Shown: in pieces, positions 19,206 to 28,372 of the stretch
Layout: each line of letters opens with the position of its first letter
Numbering within the stretch: position 1 is the first letter of the stretch
DNA from: Candidatus Fermentibacteraceae bacterium
Lineage (GTDB): Bacteria > Fermentibacterota > Fermentibacteria > Fermentibacterales > JCC-6
Length of the DNA: 64,000 nt
Assembly: GCA_016744855.1 (NCBI GenBank)
Contig: JADGDO010000002.1
Location: forward strand, 96,374 to 160,373
Reading direction: 5' to 3'
Made by a program: the position numbers and the translations under genes
Notes under the pieces: model-generated
Told to the model about the DNA's origin: nothing
What the model saw: only the letters and a program-made list of their open reading frames with translations
Database searches by the model: none

Positions 19206-19859
19206 TTAATGAATGAACCCGTTAAGAACACCGTGACATCTGGACGCTGTACCTATCAGAAACCTTCCTTTTTTTTTCCTTACTTCATTTATCAAAGTGT
19301 AGAGTTGTGAAGCGGTAAATGCTCCAACACCCGGAAGAAGCTGGTTTGATCTGACAACAATTGCAGAATAGTTTTGAATGCTTATTTTTTCCATGGTGCT
19401 AAAGAGAGGATTGATTCTTTTCTCCCGGCTTTCCGGGCAGCATCCTTCAGGTTCGGAGCAGTTGGCCGGGCAGATGAAGTCACTCAATGAACTGTAAATA
19501 CATCCGTCTTTACCGGCAATTGCACCAGGTAATATTTCCATGAGCTGGATCGGTACTGGAATTGAGAAACCAAAGTGTAACAGAACCCATTCAAACACTA
19601 CATGAACAGGGACGCAAGGAACGACAATATCTGCCGGTCTGCTTTCTTGAAGCATATCTGCGAGAAATTGAATACCATCCGTACCTGAATGATGCTCGCC
19701 TGGAATATATTCTGGAATAATCACCGTTTTGTCAGTAACATGCGTTTCACAACCGGGCCATTGCTCGTAGATTTTTTCGGCTGCTGAGCTTCCGAACAAT
19801 CCGCAACCCAGAATCAATGCTCTTTTAGGATTTACCGGTAATTGATCATTAATAAGCAT
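19206..19859 (-). CDS. Hypothetical Rossmann-like protein with Cys-rich C-terminal half
   Basis: ILGCGLFG nucleotide-binding motif; CPANCSEPEGCCP and ASRCHG. Confidence 0.65.
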   Translation of the reverse strand: MLINDQLPVNPKRALILGCGLFGSSAAEKIYEQWPGCETHVTDKTVIIPEYIPGEHHSGTDGIQFLADMLQESRPADIVVPCVPVHVVFEWVLLHFGFSIPVPIQLMEILPGAIAGKDGCIYSSLSDFICPANCSEPEGCCPESREKRINPLFSTMEKISIQNYSAIVVRSNQLLPGVGAFTASQLYTLINEVRKKKGRFLIGTASRCHGVLNGFIH

Positions 19860-19932
19860 TTACTCAACAACCTCCTGAAACAATATACTTTTTTTGTAGA
19901 GTGTTAGCTATAAGACCAGATAGGGTAAAAAG

Positions 19933-20832
19933 TTACAGATATAAATCAGTAGTTTTTTTCCATCTTCTGTGAGACCACCAGTACAAATCAGGGTGCTCTT
20001 CGATCATCTTTTCAAGCACCTTGGTATACCGCTGTGTAAGTTCAACCTCTGCTTCATGTTTGGGCAGATCGCGGTTTGGAAGAAGAAATTCCTTCACTAC
20101 AAATCGCTGATATGGACCTTTTTCTCTGATCATGAAGCCGCACGTAATGGGCATATTCAGTTTCACACTGAAAGCAGCTGCTCCTCTTGGAGTTGATGCA
20201 GGGTGTCCGAAGAAATCCACCACCAGACCGTTCTTACCGGCACTCTGATCGCTGAGCCAGCAGACAATCCCGCCCTGCCTTGCTATTTTGATAATACCCC
20301 TCATTGATACATCTCTGGTAAGCAGCTTGGCCCCTTGAGAGGAACGCAATCTGTTTATGTACCCGTCAACCAGACTGTTGCGCTGTCTACCAACAAGAAA
20401 ACTGATTTCTTTTCCTAGAAAGGCATTAGATACACCGTAGTACTCCCAGTTCCCGAAGTGAAATGTTAAACCAATAACCCCGGTGGTGTGGCTCATTGCC
20501 TTTTCCAGAGCAGCAGTTTTCTCCACTGTTATGTATTTTTCAAAGTAGTTCCTGCCCATACGGCGCTGGCGAATAAACTCGACCATAAATCTTCCGTTGT
20601 TAGCATAGGAAGCGCTTCCGATTTGGTTTACCTCTGCAGCTGTTTTCTCTGGGAATGCAGTTGAAATATTTATTCTGGAAATTCTTCTTCTTACTCCGAG
20701 AAACCAGGCAATGCGCCCCAGCAATGCGCCACCCAACAGGGAACAGCGAAGAGGAACAATAGAAAGGAAAAATCCGGTTAACCGAGTAAGAGCATATTCA
20801 ATTTTGTGCATAAGAGTTACTTTTCGAGCCAT
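19933..20832 (-). CDS. lpxL: Lipid A late acyltransferase (LpxL/HtrB family)
   Basis: HFGNWE, DQ, FFG, YWWSHRRWK. Confidence 0.85.
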   Translation of the reverse strand: MARKVTLMHKIEYALTRLTGFFLSIVPLRCSLLGGALLGRIAWFLGVRRRISRINISTAFPEKTAAEVNQIGSASYANNGRFMVEFIRQRRMGRNYFEKYITVEKTAALEKAMSHTTGVIGLTFHFGNWEYYGVSNAFLGKEISFLVGRQRNSLVDGYINRLRSSQGAKLLTRDVSMRGIIKIARQGGIVCWLSDQSAGKNGLVVDFFGHPASTPRGAAAFSVKLNMPITCGFMIREKGPYQRFVVKEFLLPNRDLPKHEAEVELTQRYTKVLEKMIEEHPDLYWWSHRRWKKTTDLYL

Positions 20833-20833
20833 A

Positions 20834-21937
20834 TCATCTCCTCCCGAAGGGAAGTTTCAGATCAATTGCATTCTCCGGACAGAGTTCATGGCAGCACAGA
20901 CACATTATACAGGTGCCCTTCCGCATCTTTGCCCTTCCGTTTTTTATCTCAATTGCATCAACTGGACAAGCTCTCTTACAAACCCCGCAACCAGTACACA
21001 AATCATTTGAAACCGGGGCAGTTCTGAGAAGGAATCTGGCAGCAGCCCCGAGCCAGCGGGGTATGTAGTTCAAATAAGATCTCTCAGGAATGTCAAAATC
21101 CACAAATTTGTGGTGCCCGAGTGTTCTTATCTGCTCAAATGGATTCGCAAGCCCTCTGGAGAAAGCCTCTACATTACTGTCAAGTTGATTCCAGGGCAGA
21201 CCAGCCATCTGCGACAAAACCATATCAAGATGAAGACCATTCTTTGAAAGCGCAAGAAAGCCCTCTTTCTTCTTCCGTCCATCGGTGCTGGGCCCCCGTC
21301 CATCCATACACAAAATACCGTCACTGATATGCAAACTGAAATCTGCAATCTCGTAAAGATCTACAATGTTAACGGCCAGATCAACAGGCCGGGGGCTTCG
21401 CATGTGAAGCATAGCTTTCCCCAGGCCTGGAACAATACCGAATGAATTCTTCAAAGCGTTTGTCAATCTGGTGTACATATGAGTCTTAAATTTGCACAGA
21501 TTTACCCTGCAATCGTACCCCTCCAGAATCGGAAGTGCGATATCATATTCGCGGTCATGTATTGAAACACGTCTGGAGCCTGATCCCTCAAAGCTGACGA
21601 GCCCTGCCCCTGTTACATCTGCAGCTGTTTTAAAGCCGCAGTTTTTCCAGTATCGCTCAACACCTTTAACTGCACCACCGGGGCTGTCTCCTATATCGAC
21701 TACACATCCTCTTTCCTTTAAAAGCGAGGCAACAGCCGCGACTACAGCGGGATGGGTTGTAATTGCTCTTGAAGGATGCTTGGCTGCCAACATATTTACT
21801 TTCAGTAAAACTCTGCTGCCCTTTGATGTGCCCTCAGGCCAACCGCCGGTGCTCTCCACCATCTCCGCAATGGCACCACGTATTTTTTTAACACAGTAAA
21901 AGGAAAATCCATCCTTTATAACAACATCGTAATTCAT
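20834..21937 (-). CDS. DUF362 domain plus 2x[4Fe-4S] protein
   Basis: LLKVN, TTHP, GDSPG, KTH...ALKN; C-terminal CTGCGVC and CIMCLCC ferredoxin motifs. Confidence 0.88.
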   Translation of the reverse strand: MNYDVVIKDGFSFYCVKKIRGAIAEMVESTGGWPEGTSKGSRVLLKVNMLAAKHPSRAITTHPAVVAAVASLLKERGCVVDIGDSPGGAVKGVERYWKNCGFKTAADVTGAGLVSFEGSGSRRVSIHDREYDIALPILEGYDCRVNLCKFKTHMYTRLTNALKNSFGIVPGLGKAMLHMRSPRPVDLAVNIVDLYEIADFSLHISDGILCMDGRGPSTDGRKKKEGFLALSKNGLHLDMVLSQMAGLPWNQLDSNVEAFSRGLANPFEQIRTLGHHKFVDFDIPERSYLNYIPRWLGAAARFLLRTAPVSNDLCTGCGVCKRACPVDAIEIKNGRAKMRKGTCIMCLCCHELCPENAIDLKLPFGRR

Positions 21938-21945
21938 TTTTTCCC

Positions 21946-24270
21946 TCAGTTACTGAAAACTCTGTTTTTACCTGCTCTTTTGGCCCGATACATTCTCTGA
22001 TCGGCTATCTCCAAAAGCTCATCCTTCTCCCTGGAATCTACTGGGAAAGTAGCAACACCCAGACTCAAACTAACACATCCCCTGGGTTGAGCTGCTGCAT
22101 TCGGTATACAGCGACTGGCCTCTACCACCTTCAGCCGAATTCTCTCTGCAATATCAGCTGCAACCTGTTTGTCTGTTAGAGGAAGAATACAAACAAACTC
22201 CTCCCCCCCATACCGCACTAGAATATCAACATCTCTGAGAGCATCACTCATAGCCTGAGTCAGCTTCTGCAGGAGAACATTCCCCATAGGATGACCGAAA
22301 GAATCGTTGTAGTGTTTAAAATCATCAATATCCATCATTATCAGAGAAAAAGAGTATTCGTAGCGCTCCGCTCTTTCAAACTCCTCAGGATATCTCTCCT
22401 CAAAGAAAGTCATGTTATACAATCCGGTCAGCCTGTCTCGCCTGGCAAGTTTGATCAATTCAGTTTGCTGCAGGGCTGTTTCAAGAATACCTGCTGTAAA
22501 ACCAATCACATTGTTCAGCTTCCGGATATCATCACTCTTGAACCTGTTGATTTGAGTGCTCTCCAGAACAATGACTCCTACAACTCTTCCATGACTGAGC
22601 ATGGGAATAGCCAATTCGCTTTTAATGTTCGGTAGAACACGCATAAACAGATTAGTTTGTGAGACATCGGGAACATTAACAGTTCGCAACGTTCTAACAG
22701 CTTCTGAAAGAAGACCGGGTTCAGGCGAGTCCTTGGTTACCTGAACTTTAGTTCCGGGAATAATAGCAGAGTCCTCGTAACCTGATACGGCATGAACAAT
22801 GAGCTGTTCAGGAACTATTGAAGATGGAGCTTCTCCTGCAACAAAAACTGCGATTGCCTCGTCGGGATAGAATGCTTCCAGTGTTCTGAGCATTGTACGG
22901 CATATCTCAGGTGGGTCAACCAGTGAAGTAAGGTCTGCGGCAAGAGTTGCTACTGCATCTGTTTCAAATTCAAGGAGCTTGATCTTTTTTTCAAGATTTC
23001 CCAGTATCGTGTTGTCTGATGCCACAAGAGTCATGCCTCCGGATTTTCTCTGCATCAGAGAAAGTCCCAGATAACCCTCTTCATTAAGTAGTGGAATGGA
23101 GGAAAGTCCAACATCAGTTTTTTCAGATATGGCATTCATTACGGTATCTCGGGAAGAGGCAGGGATTGAATCAAGAACATCTGTTAAAGATGCTCCTTCA
23201 GCTATACTGTCGATTCCGGGAATAGTATCAACATCTCCATAAATGGTTTTTACCGATCCACTTTCCGTCAAAGAAATTGCCTTGGAAGAAAGGCCGTTCA
23301 GCATCTGCTCAAATGTGCTCCTGTAACCTTCAAGACGAGTCTGTGCATCCAGGTAGCGGATGAAAGAAGATAATTCACCGGCGAGCATCTTCAGAACCTG
23401 CAAACTGCTTGCTGATGGACGCTTCCTGGATATTCCGTTATCGCACCTGATAATTCCATAAACTTTGCTGCCCACCTTTATGGGAGTATCAACATAAGTA
23501 ATACTACCCACCCATGTTTCTCTGTTGTCTCTGTATTCAAGACTCCAGGAAGCAACCTGAATGCCTGCAGCAACGGCCATATCAACTGGTGATTGTACCG
23601 TAGTTCCAGAAAGAGCTATGGGTTCTCCAGTAATACCTCTGCCCCTGAAAGCAACCGCCTCAACAGCACTTCCAGACTCATTCAGAATACCTATCCACGC
23701 CCTTTGAAAACCCAGCCCACCAAGTATGGACAGTATCACTTTTCTGCAAGCTTCAGAAACTGAGTTAACACCACTGAGATCTGAAGCAAGGCTTACAACA
23801 GTCTCAATAGCCTCGAGCGAATCTTCAAGGCAATCTGCTACCGAAAGCATGATTCGGTCACGTGATACCGATAGAGCGACAGGAATATTGGAGTCTCTCA
23901 GCTGGCTGATATGCAACCTTATCAGTCGAATTACCTCGCTGAATGGTGTAGAGTAATCTACTACCTCTACTGCAGAAGCACTGAAAACTTTTCTTCTGAT
24001 TCTTGGATTAATATCAGGAACACTGACAATTACCGGCATTTCTTCTCTGGTGTATAGTGTGCTCAGAAACCTGCTTACTTTGATCCCGTCAAGCCCTGCA
24101 AGAATCTGCCCACAGAGAACACACCTTGGCTTCAAAGAAATGGCTGCGGTTACCGCATCAATTCCGTTTGAGACCGATTTTACAGTGAGGCCCTCCTTAA
24201 GAAGGGCCTCCTCTGTAACTGATAGAAGTGCTGGGCTTCCCATGGCAAGGAGAATATCAATCCTCTTCAC
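21946..24270 (-). CDS. Diguanylate cyclase (REC-like, GAF, PAS-like, GAF, GGDEF)
   Basis: DRLTGLYN, DIDDFK, RDVD I-site, RYGGEEF, AKRAGKN. Confidence 0.92.
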   Translation of the reverse strand: MKRIDILLAMGSPALLSVTEEALLKEGLTVKSVSNGIDAVTAAISLKPRCVLCGQILAGLDGIKVSRFLSTLYTREEMPVIVSVPDINPRIRRKVFSASAVEVVDYSTPFSEVIRLIRLHISQLRDSNIPVALSVSRDRIMLSVADCLEDSLEAIETVVSLASDLSGVNSVSEACRKVILSILGGLGFQRAWIGILNESGSAVEAVAFRGRGITGEPIALSGTTVQSPVDMAVAAGIQVASWSLEYRDNRETWVGSITYVDTPIKVGSKVYGIIRCDNGISRKRPSASSLQVLKMLAGELSSFIRYLDAQTRLEGYRSTFEQMLNGLSSKAISLTESGSVKTIYGDVDTIPGIDSIAEGASLTDVLDSIPASSRDTVMNAISEKTDVGLSSIPLLNEEGYLGLSLMQRKSGGMTLVASDNTILGNLEKKIKLLEFETDAVATLAADLTSLVDPPEICRTMLRTLEAFYPDEAIAVFVAGEAPSSIVPEQLIVHAVSGYEDSAIIPGTKVQVTKDSPEPGLLSEAVRTLRTVNVPDVSQTNLFMRVLPNIKSELAIPMLSHGRVVGVIVLESTQINRFKSDDIRKLNNVIGFTAGILETALQQTELIKLARRDRLTGLYNMTFFEERYPEEFERAERYEYSFSLIMMDIDDFKHYNDSFGHPMGNVLLQKLTQAMSDALRDVDILVRYGGEEFVCILPLTDKQVAADIAERIRLKVVEASRCIPNAAAQPRGCVSLSLGVATFPVDSREKDELLEIADQRMYRAKRAGKNRVFSN

Positions 24271-24294
24271 AGGTACTGCCTTCCTCTGTATCGA

Positions 24295-27060
24295 CTACTC
24301 TGCTTCCAGGACAGCCTGAGCTGCAGAAAGTCTTGCAACAGGAACTCTATAAGGCGAGCATGAAACGTAGTTCAGCCCGACTGAGTGAAAGAACTTAATT
24401 GAAGCAGGATCTCCACCGTGCTCACCACAAACACCGAGCTTAAGTCCTGGTTTTGCCTGTCTGCCACGCTCAACTGCTATCTCAACAAGACGCCCAACAC
24501 CGGGGATGTCGAGGGAGGCAAATGGATCTCTTTCATAGATACCCATCTTCACGTATTCGTTCAGGAATTTACCTGAGTCATCGCGAGAGAATCCACAGCA
24601 CATCTGCGTAAGATCGTTTGTTCCGAAACTAAAGAAGTCTGCTTTTTCGGCCACCTTGTCTGCAGTGATTGCAGCTCTTGGTATCTCAATCATTGTGCCG
24701 ATCTGATACTTGATGTAATCAGCTGTTTTCCCCTGCTCATTCAATACTGTATCAACAACATTCTGTGCTGCATCTCTGGCAAGAGCCAACTCTTTAACGT
24801 TACCAACAAGCGGGATCATGATTTCTGGAAGAACAGTTATGCCTTCATCTGCGACCTTTAGAGCGGCTTCCATGATCGCTCTCACCTGCATATCTGCAAC
24901 TTCAGGATAAATAAGGCCAAGTCTGCAACCGCGGTGGCCCATCATGGGATTGAACTCGTGAAGAGATTCAACCTTAAGAGCAACAGTTTCAGGGGTTACT
25001 CCCAGAACTTCCGCCATTTCCTTCTGACCATCATCATCCTGAGGAAGGAATTCATGCAGTGGAGGATCGAGTAGTCTTATGTTGCATGGACGACCATCAA
25101 GAGCACGGAAGATACCTTCGAAGTCACTTCTCTGAAGGGGAAGAAGTTCGGTGATCGCTTCATTGTATCTTGCGAGAGGAGCCTTAAGTTCCTCTTCCAA
25201 TGAGGCAACATCACCAACGCCGGATTCAATTTTTTCCTGAATTCTCTTTACATCATCGGCAACAAGAATGAGTTTTCTGAATGGGACAATTCTGTCACCT
25301 TCGAAGAACATGTGCTCTGTACGGCAAAGACCAATACCCTGAGCACCGAAAAGAACAGCCATTTCTGCGTCGCGTGGGGTATCTGCATTTGTACGTACAT
25401 CCAAACGACGGATCTCATCGGCCCAGCCAACAAGTTTCTCATAGTTTTTGAAAAGAATACTGTCCTCGGCCTTCATGTTTCCACGAAGAACCTGAACGAT
25501 TTCTGAAGGTCGGACCTTTACTTCACCGGAAAAAACCTGGCCGGTAAAGCCATCGATTGCGATTATGTCTCCCTCTTTTATTGTGTTGCCATCGCAAACA
25601 AGTATTCCGGCTGTGCTGTCAATGTGGAGCTCGTCTGCACCGGAAACACAAGGAACACCCATACCGCGTGCTACAACTGCTGCATGACTTGTCATTCCAC
25701 CGCGAGCAGTAAGAATACCTTTTGCAGCAACCATTCCACCGATATCCTCCGGGCTGGTTTCAAGACGGCAAAGTATTACCTCTTCGCCTCTTGCATTCCA
25801 TTCCTCGGCTGTTTCTGCAGTAAAAACTGCTTTTCCACAGGCTCCACCGGGGGAAGCATTAAGACCCTTTGTAAGAAGATTGGCAGAAGCCTTGCTCTCT
25901 GAGCCGAGAACAGGGGCGAAGAGCTGGTTGAAACTCTGTGCCGGTACTCTCATAATAGCCTCTTTTTTATCAATAAGACCTTCTTCAGCCATATCAACAG
26001 CCATATTCAAAGCAGCAAATACAGTTCTTTTACCTGTACGAGTCTGAAGGATATAGAGTCTTCCATCTTCAATTGTGAACTCAATGTCCTGCATATCAAG
26101 GTAGTGTTCCTCAAGCTTAACTCTAAGGTCAAGTAGACCCTTGTATGATTTTTCGTCTTTTTCACCTAGAGTTGCAATAGGAAGAGGTGTACGGATACCA
26201 GCAACAACATCTTCCCCCTGAGCATCCATCAGATACTCACCGTAAAATACATTCTCTCCGTTTGCAGGATCACGTGTAAAGCATACACCTGTACCTGATT
26301 CTTCTCCCATGTTACCGAAAACCATTGCCTGTACATTTACAGCTGTTCCGATAAGACCCTTAATCTCATTGATCTCACGATAACGGATAGCTCTGGAGTT
26401 ATTCCAGCTGCTGAAAACAGCATTGATGGAAAGTTTGAGCTGTTCCCATGGATCGGATGGGAAGTCTGTACCTATAGCATTTTTGTAAATTTCTCTGTAG
26501 AGCTGAACAACTTTTTTCAAGTCATCGAGATCAAGCTCGGTGTCAAGCTTGACACCTTTATCGCTCTTAACCGATTCCAGAGCACGCTCAAAATCATGAT
26601 GAGGAATGTCCATAACTACATCGCCGAACATCTGCATAAATCTTCTGTATGAATCCCATGCGAATCTAGCGTTTCCGCTTCGTTTCGAGATTCCCTCAAG
26701 AGTCTCTTCATTAAGGCCAAGATTGAGAACTGTGTCCATCATTCCCGGCATAGAAACTGCTGCACCGCTTCGAACAGAAACAAGCAGGGGATCTGTTTTG
26801 TCTCCGAATTTCTTTCCAAGCTCAGCTTCCAGGATTCTAACACCCTCGCGAACCTGCTCATCAAGACCCTGTGGCCAAGCTGATCCAGCCTTGTTGAAAG
26901 CATCACAGGTTTCGGTAGTAATAGTAAAACCGGGAGGAACAGGCATATCAATCTTTGTCATTTCTGCAAGATTTGCCCCCTTTCCACCAAGTAAATCCTT
27001 CATAGTTCGGTCACCATCGGTTTTTGTAGAACCGAAATAATATACATATTTCTTGTTCAT
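24295..27060 (-). CDS. ppdK: Pyruvate, phosphate dikinase
   Basis: LGGKGANL, SVRSGA, GGMTSHAAV, GLCRTEHM, SFGTNDL, CGEHGG. Confidence 0.98.
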   Translation of the reverse strand: MNKKYVYYFGSTKTDGDRTMKDLLGGKGANLAEMTKIDMPVPPGFTITTETCDAFNKAGSAWPQGLDEQVREGVRILEAELGKKFGDKTDPLLVSVRSGAAVSMPGMMDTVLNLGLNEETLEGISKRSGNARFAWDSYRRFMQMFGDVVMDIPHHDFERALESVKSDKGVKLDTELDLDDLKKVVQLYREIYKNAIGTDFPSDPWEQLKLSINAVFSSWNNSRAIRYREINEIKGLIGTAVNVQAMVFGNMGEESGTGVCFTRDPANGENVFYGEYLMDAQGEDVVAGIRTPLPIATLGEKDEKSYKGLLDLRVKLEEHYLDMQDIEFTIEDGRLYILQTRTGKRTVFAALNMAVDMAEEGLIDKKEAIMRVPAQSFNQLFAPVLGSESKASANLLTKGLNASPGGACGKAVFTAETAEEWNARGEEVILCRLETSPEDIGGMVAAKGILTARGGMTSHAAVVARGMGVPCVSGADELHIDSTAGILVCDGNTIKEGDIIAIDGFTGQVFSGEVKVRPSEIVQVLRGNMKAEDSILFKNYEKLVGWADEIRRLDVRTNADTPRDAEMAVLFGAQGIGLCRTEHMFFEGDRIVPFRKLILVADDVKRIQEKIESGVGDVASLEEELKAPLARYNEAITELLPLQRSDFEGIFRALDGRPCNIRLLDPPLHEFLPQDDDGQKEMAEVLGVTPETVALKVESLHEFNPMMGHRGCRLGLIYPEVADMQVRAIMEAALKVADEGITVLPEIMIPLVGNVKELALARDAAQNVVDTVLNEQGKTADYIKYQIGTMIEIPRAAITADKVAEKADFFSFGTNDLTQMCCGFSRDDSGKFLNEYVKMGIYERDPFASLDIPGVGRLVEIAVERGRQAKPGLKLGVCGEHGGDPASIKFFHSVGLNYVSCSPYRVPVARLSAAQAVLEAE

Positions 27061-27212
27061 TTCATTCTCATTTCTTCTTTAACAGGTACATTATGTTAAT
27101 TAATACTGATTCTATTGGGTGGCTTTTTTTAGACAAACAAAACAGCATGAGAAGACGTTGTCTCCCCAAAAAACCACCCTCGCTAATATAATAGTCTGGA
27201 ACTAGACTGTGG

Positions 27213-28352
27213 TTAACTCGTGTAATCCTTTTTGCGCCAGATATATGCGACAAATTCTTCGATTTCTCGGCGTTGAATTTCATCCACTGGTGTAACCCTT
27301 TCAAAAACCCAGGCCGCTGCATCAGATGCGCTATGAAATTCGCTCCTTTTTGATCCAAGGTCTGATAAGATAACAGCTATTTCATCCATACGGGTGTCTC
27401 GAAGAAGATCAGAGCCTTCGTTTGCAAGCTGTTCAAGAAGGCTGGTTTCAGGAATGTGAGCAAACTCTTTTAAAATCTGATAGTGTCCCCTAAGCTGAGA
27501 CACAGACACTCCGTACTCGCCGGCGAGCTGTTCCTGTGTAAAATGGGGACCCTTTCTGGTCACTGCGTACTCAAGCGCCGCAGCCCATGTTTCGGGTTTG
27601 CGACCTGAAGGATTTCCATTGGCACAAAAACGACTCCATGTATCAGCAGCTATTGATGCAATTTCAGAAGAATAACCGTGAATACCAAGCATTCCAGCTG
27701 TCATTCCCGGTACAACATCGATCAGAGGAATATCTGTTTTTTCAATGACACTACGGCGCATTTGAACCCGCAGTGCTTCTATTCGGAGAAGACTGTGTTG
27801 TATTTTTTCATCATAGGGAGCCAGTTCTTTTGCCTGAAGGAGGAGATGGAGACTCTCCTCAAGTCTATCTCTCTTTGCTTCAAGCATAGCAAGATAAGTC
27901 AGGGTTGAAGCAACACGGTATTGTTCTCTTCTTGCAACGGAAAGGAGAATCCTCTCTGCTTCCTCGTCGCGGTGAAGCATAAGAAGAACAAGCCCCTTCT
28001 TCCTGGATGCATCGACGTCCTTCGGATAAATCTTCAGATAGGATTCGAGACACTCGAGAGTGGTTTCAAAGAGATCCAGTTTTAAAAAAACATCGGCTGC
28101 TAAAAGAAGAGCTGCTGCCCCGGGAACTCCATACCATTTAAAATCGGATAATCTTCTCGAAGCACTGTCCAACTCTCCACAGTCAAGCTCAAGCCGGCAA
28201 AGCTCAAGAACAGCCAGATTGCAATCAGGAGTATTTGCTACCGTGGGATCTTCCAGAAGCCTTTCAAGGCCTTCCCTAGCCTTCCCAGAGTCGCCACTCT
28301 CTCGCGCTTCCTCAACCTGCTGCCATAACCAGCTGATCTTGCGGTTTTCCAT
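27213..28352 (-). CDS. TPR protein with C-terminal TFIIB-cyclin-like/HTH region
   Basis: Helical TPR-like repeats; RKPETWAAALEY...TQEQLAGEYGVSVSQLRGHY. Confidence 0.7.
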   Translation of the reverse strand: MENRKISWLWQQVEEARESGDSGKAREGLERLLEDPTVANTPDCNLAVLELCRLELDCGELDSASRRLSDFKWYGVPGAAALLLAADVFLKLDLFETTLECLESYLKIYPKDVDASRKKGLVLLMLHRDEEAERILLSVARREQYRVASTLTYLAMLEAKRDRLEESLHLLLQAKELAPYDEKIQHSLLRIEALRVQMRRSVIEKTDIPLIDVVPGMTAGMLGIHGYSSEIASIAADTWSRFCANGNPSGRKPETWAAALEYAVTRKGPHFTQEQLAGEYGVSVSQLRGHYQILKEFAHIPETSLLEQLANEGSDLLRDTRMDEIAVILSDLGSKRSEFHSASDAAAWVFERVTPVDEIQRREIEEFVAYIWRKKDYTS

Positions 28353-28372
28353 CAGGCCCCTCCCGGGTTGTG

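Noticed and set aside
24268-24297. ppdK TAG in frame with the cyclase start (also TAG at 11378-11380 in frame with aroB)
   Set aside because: A one-in-three chance event; both proteins are full length with their own starts, and there is no pyrrolysine evidence.
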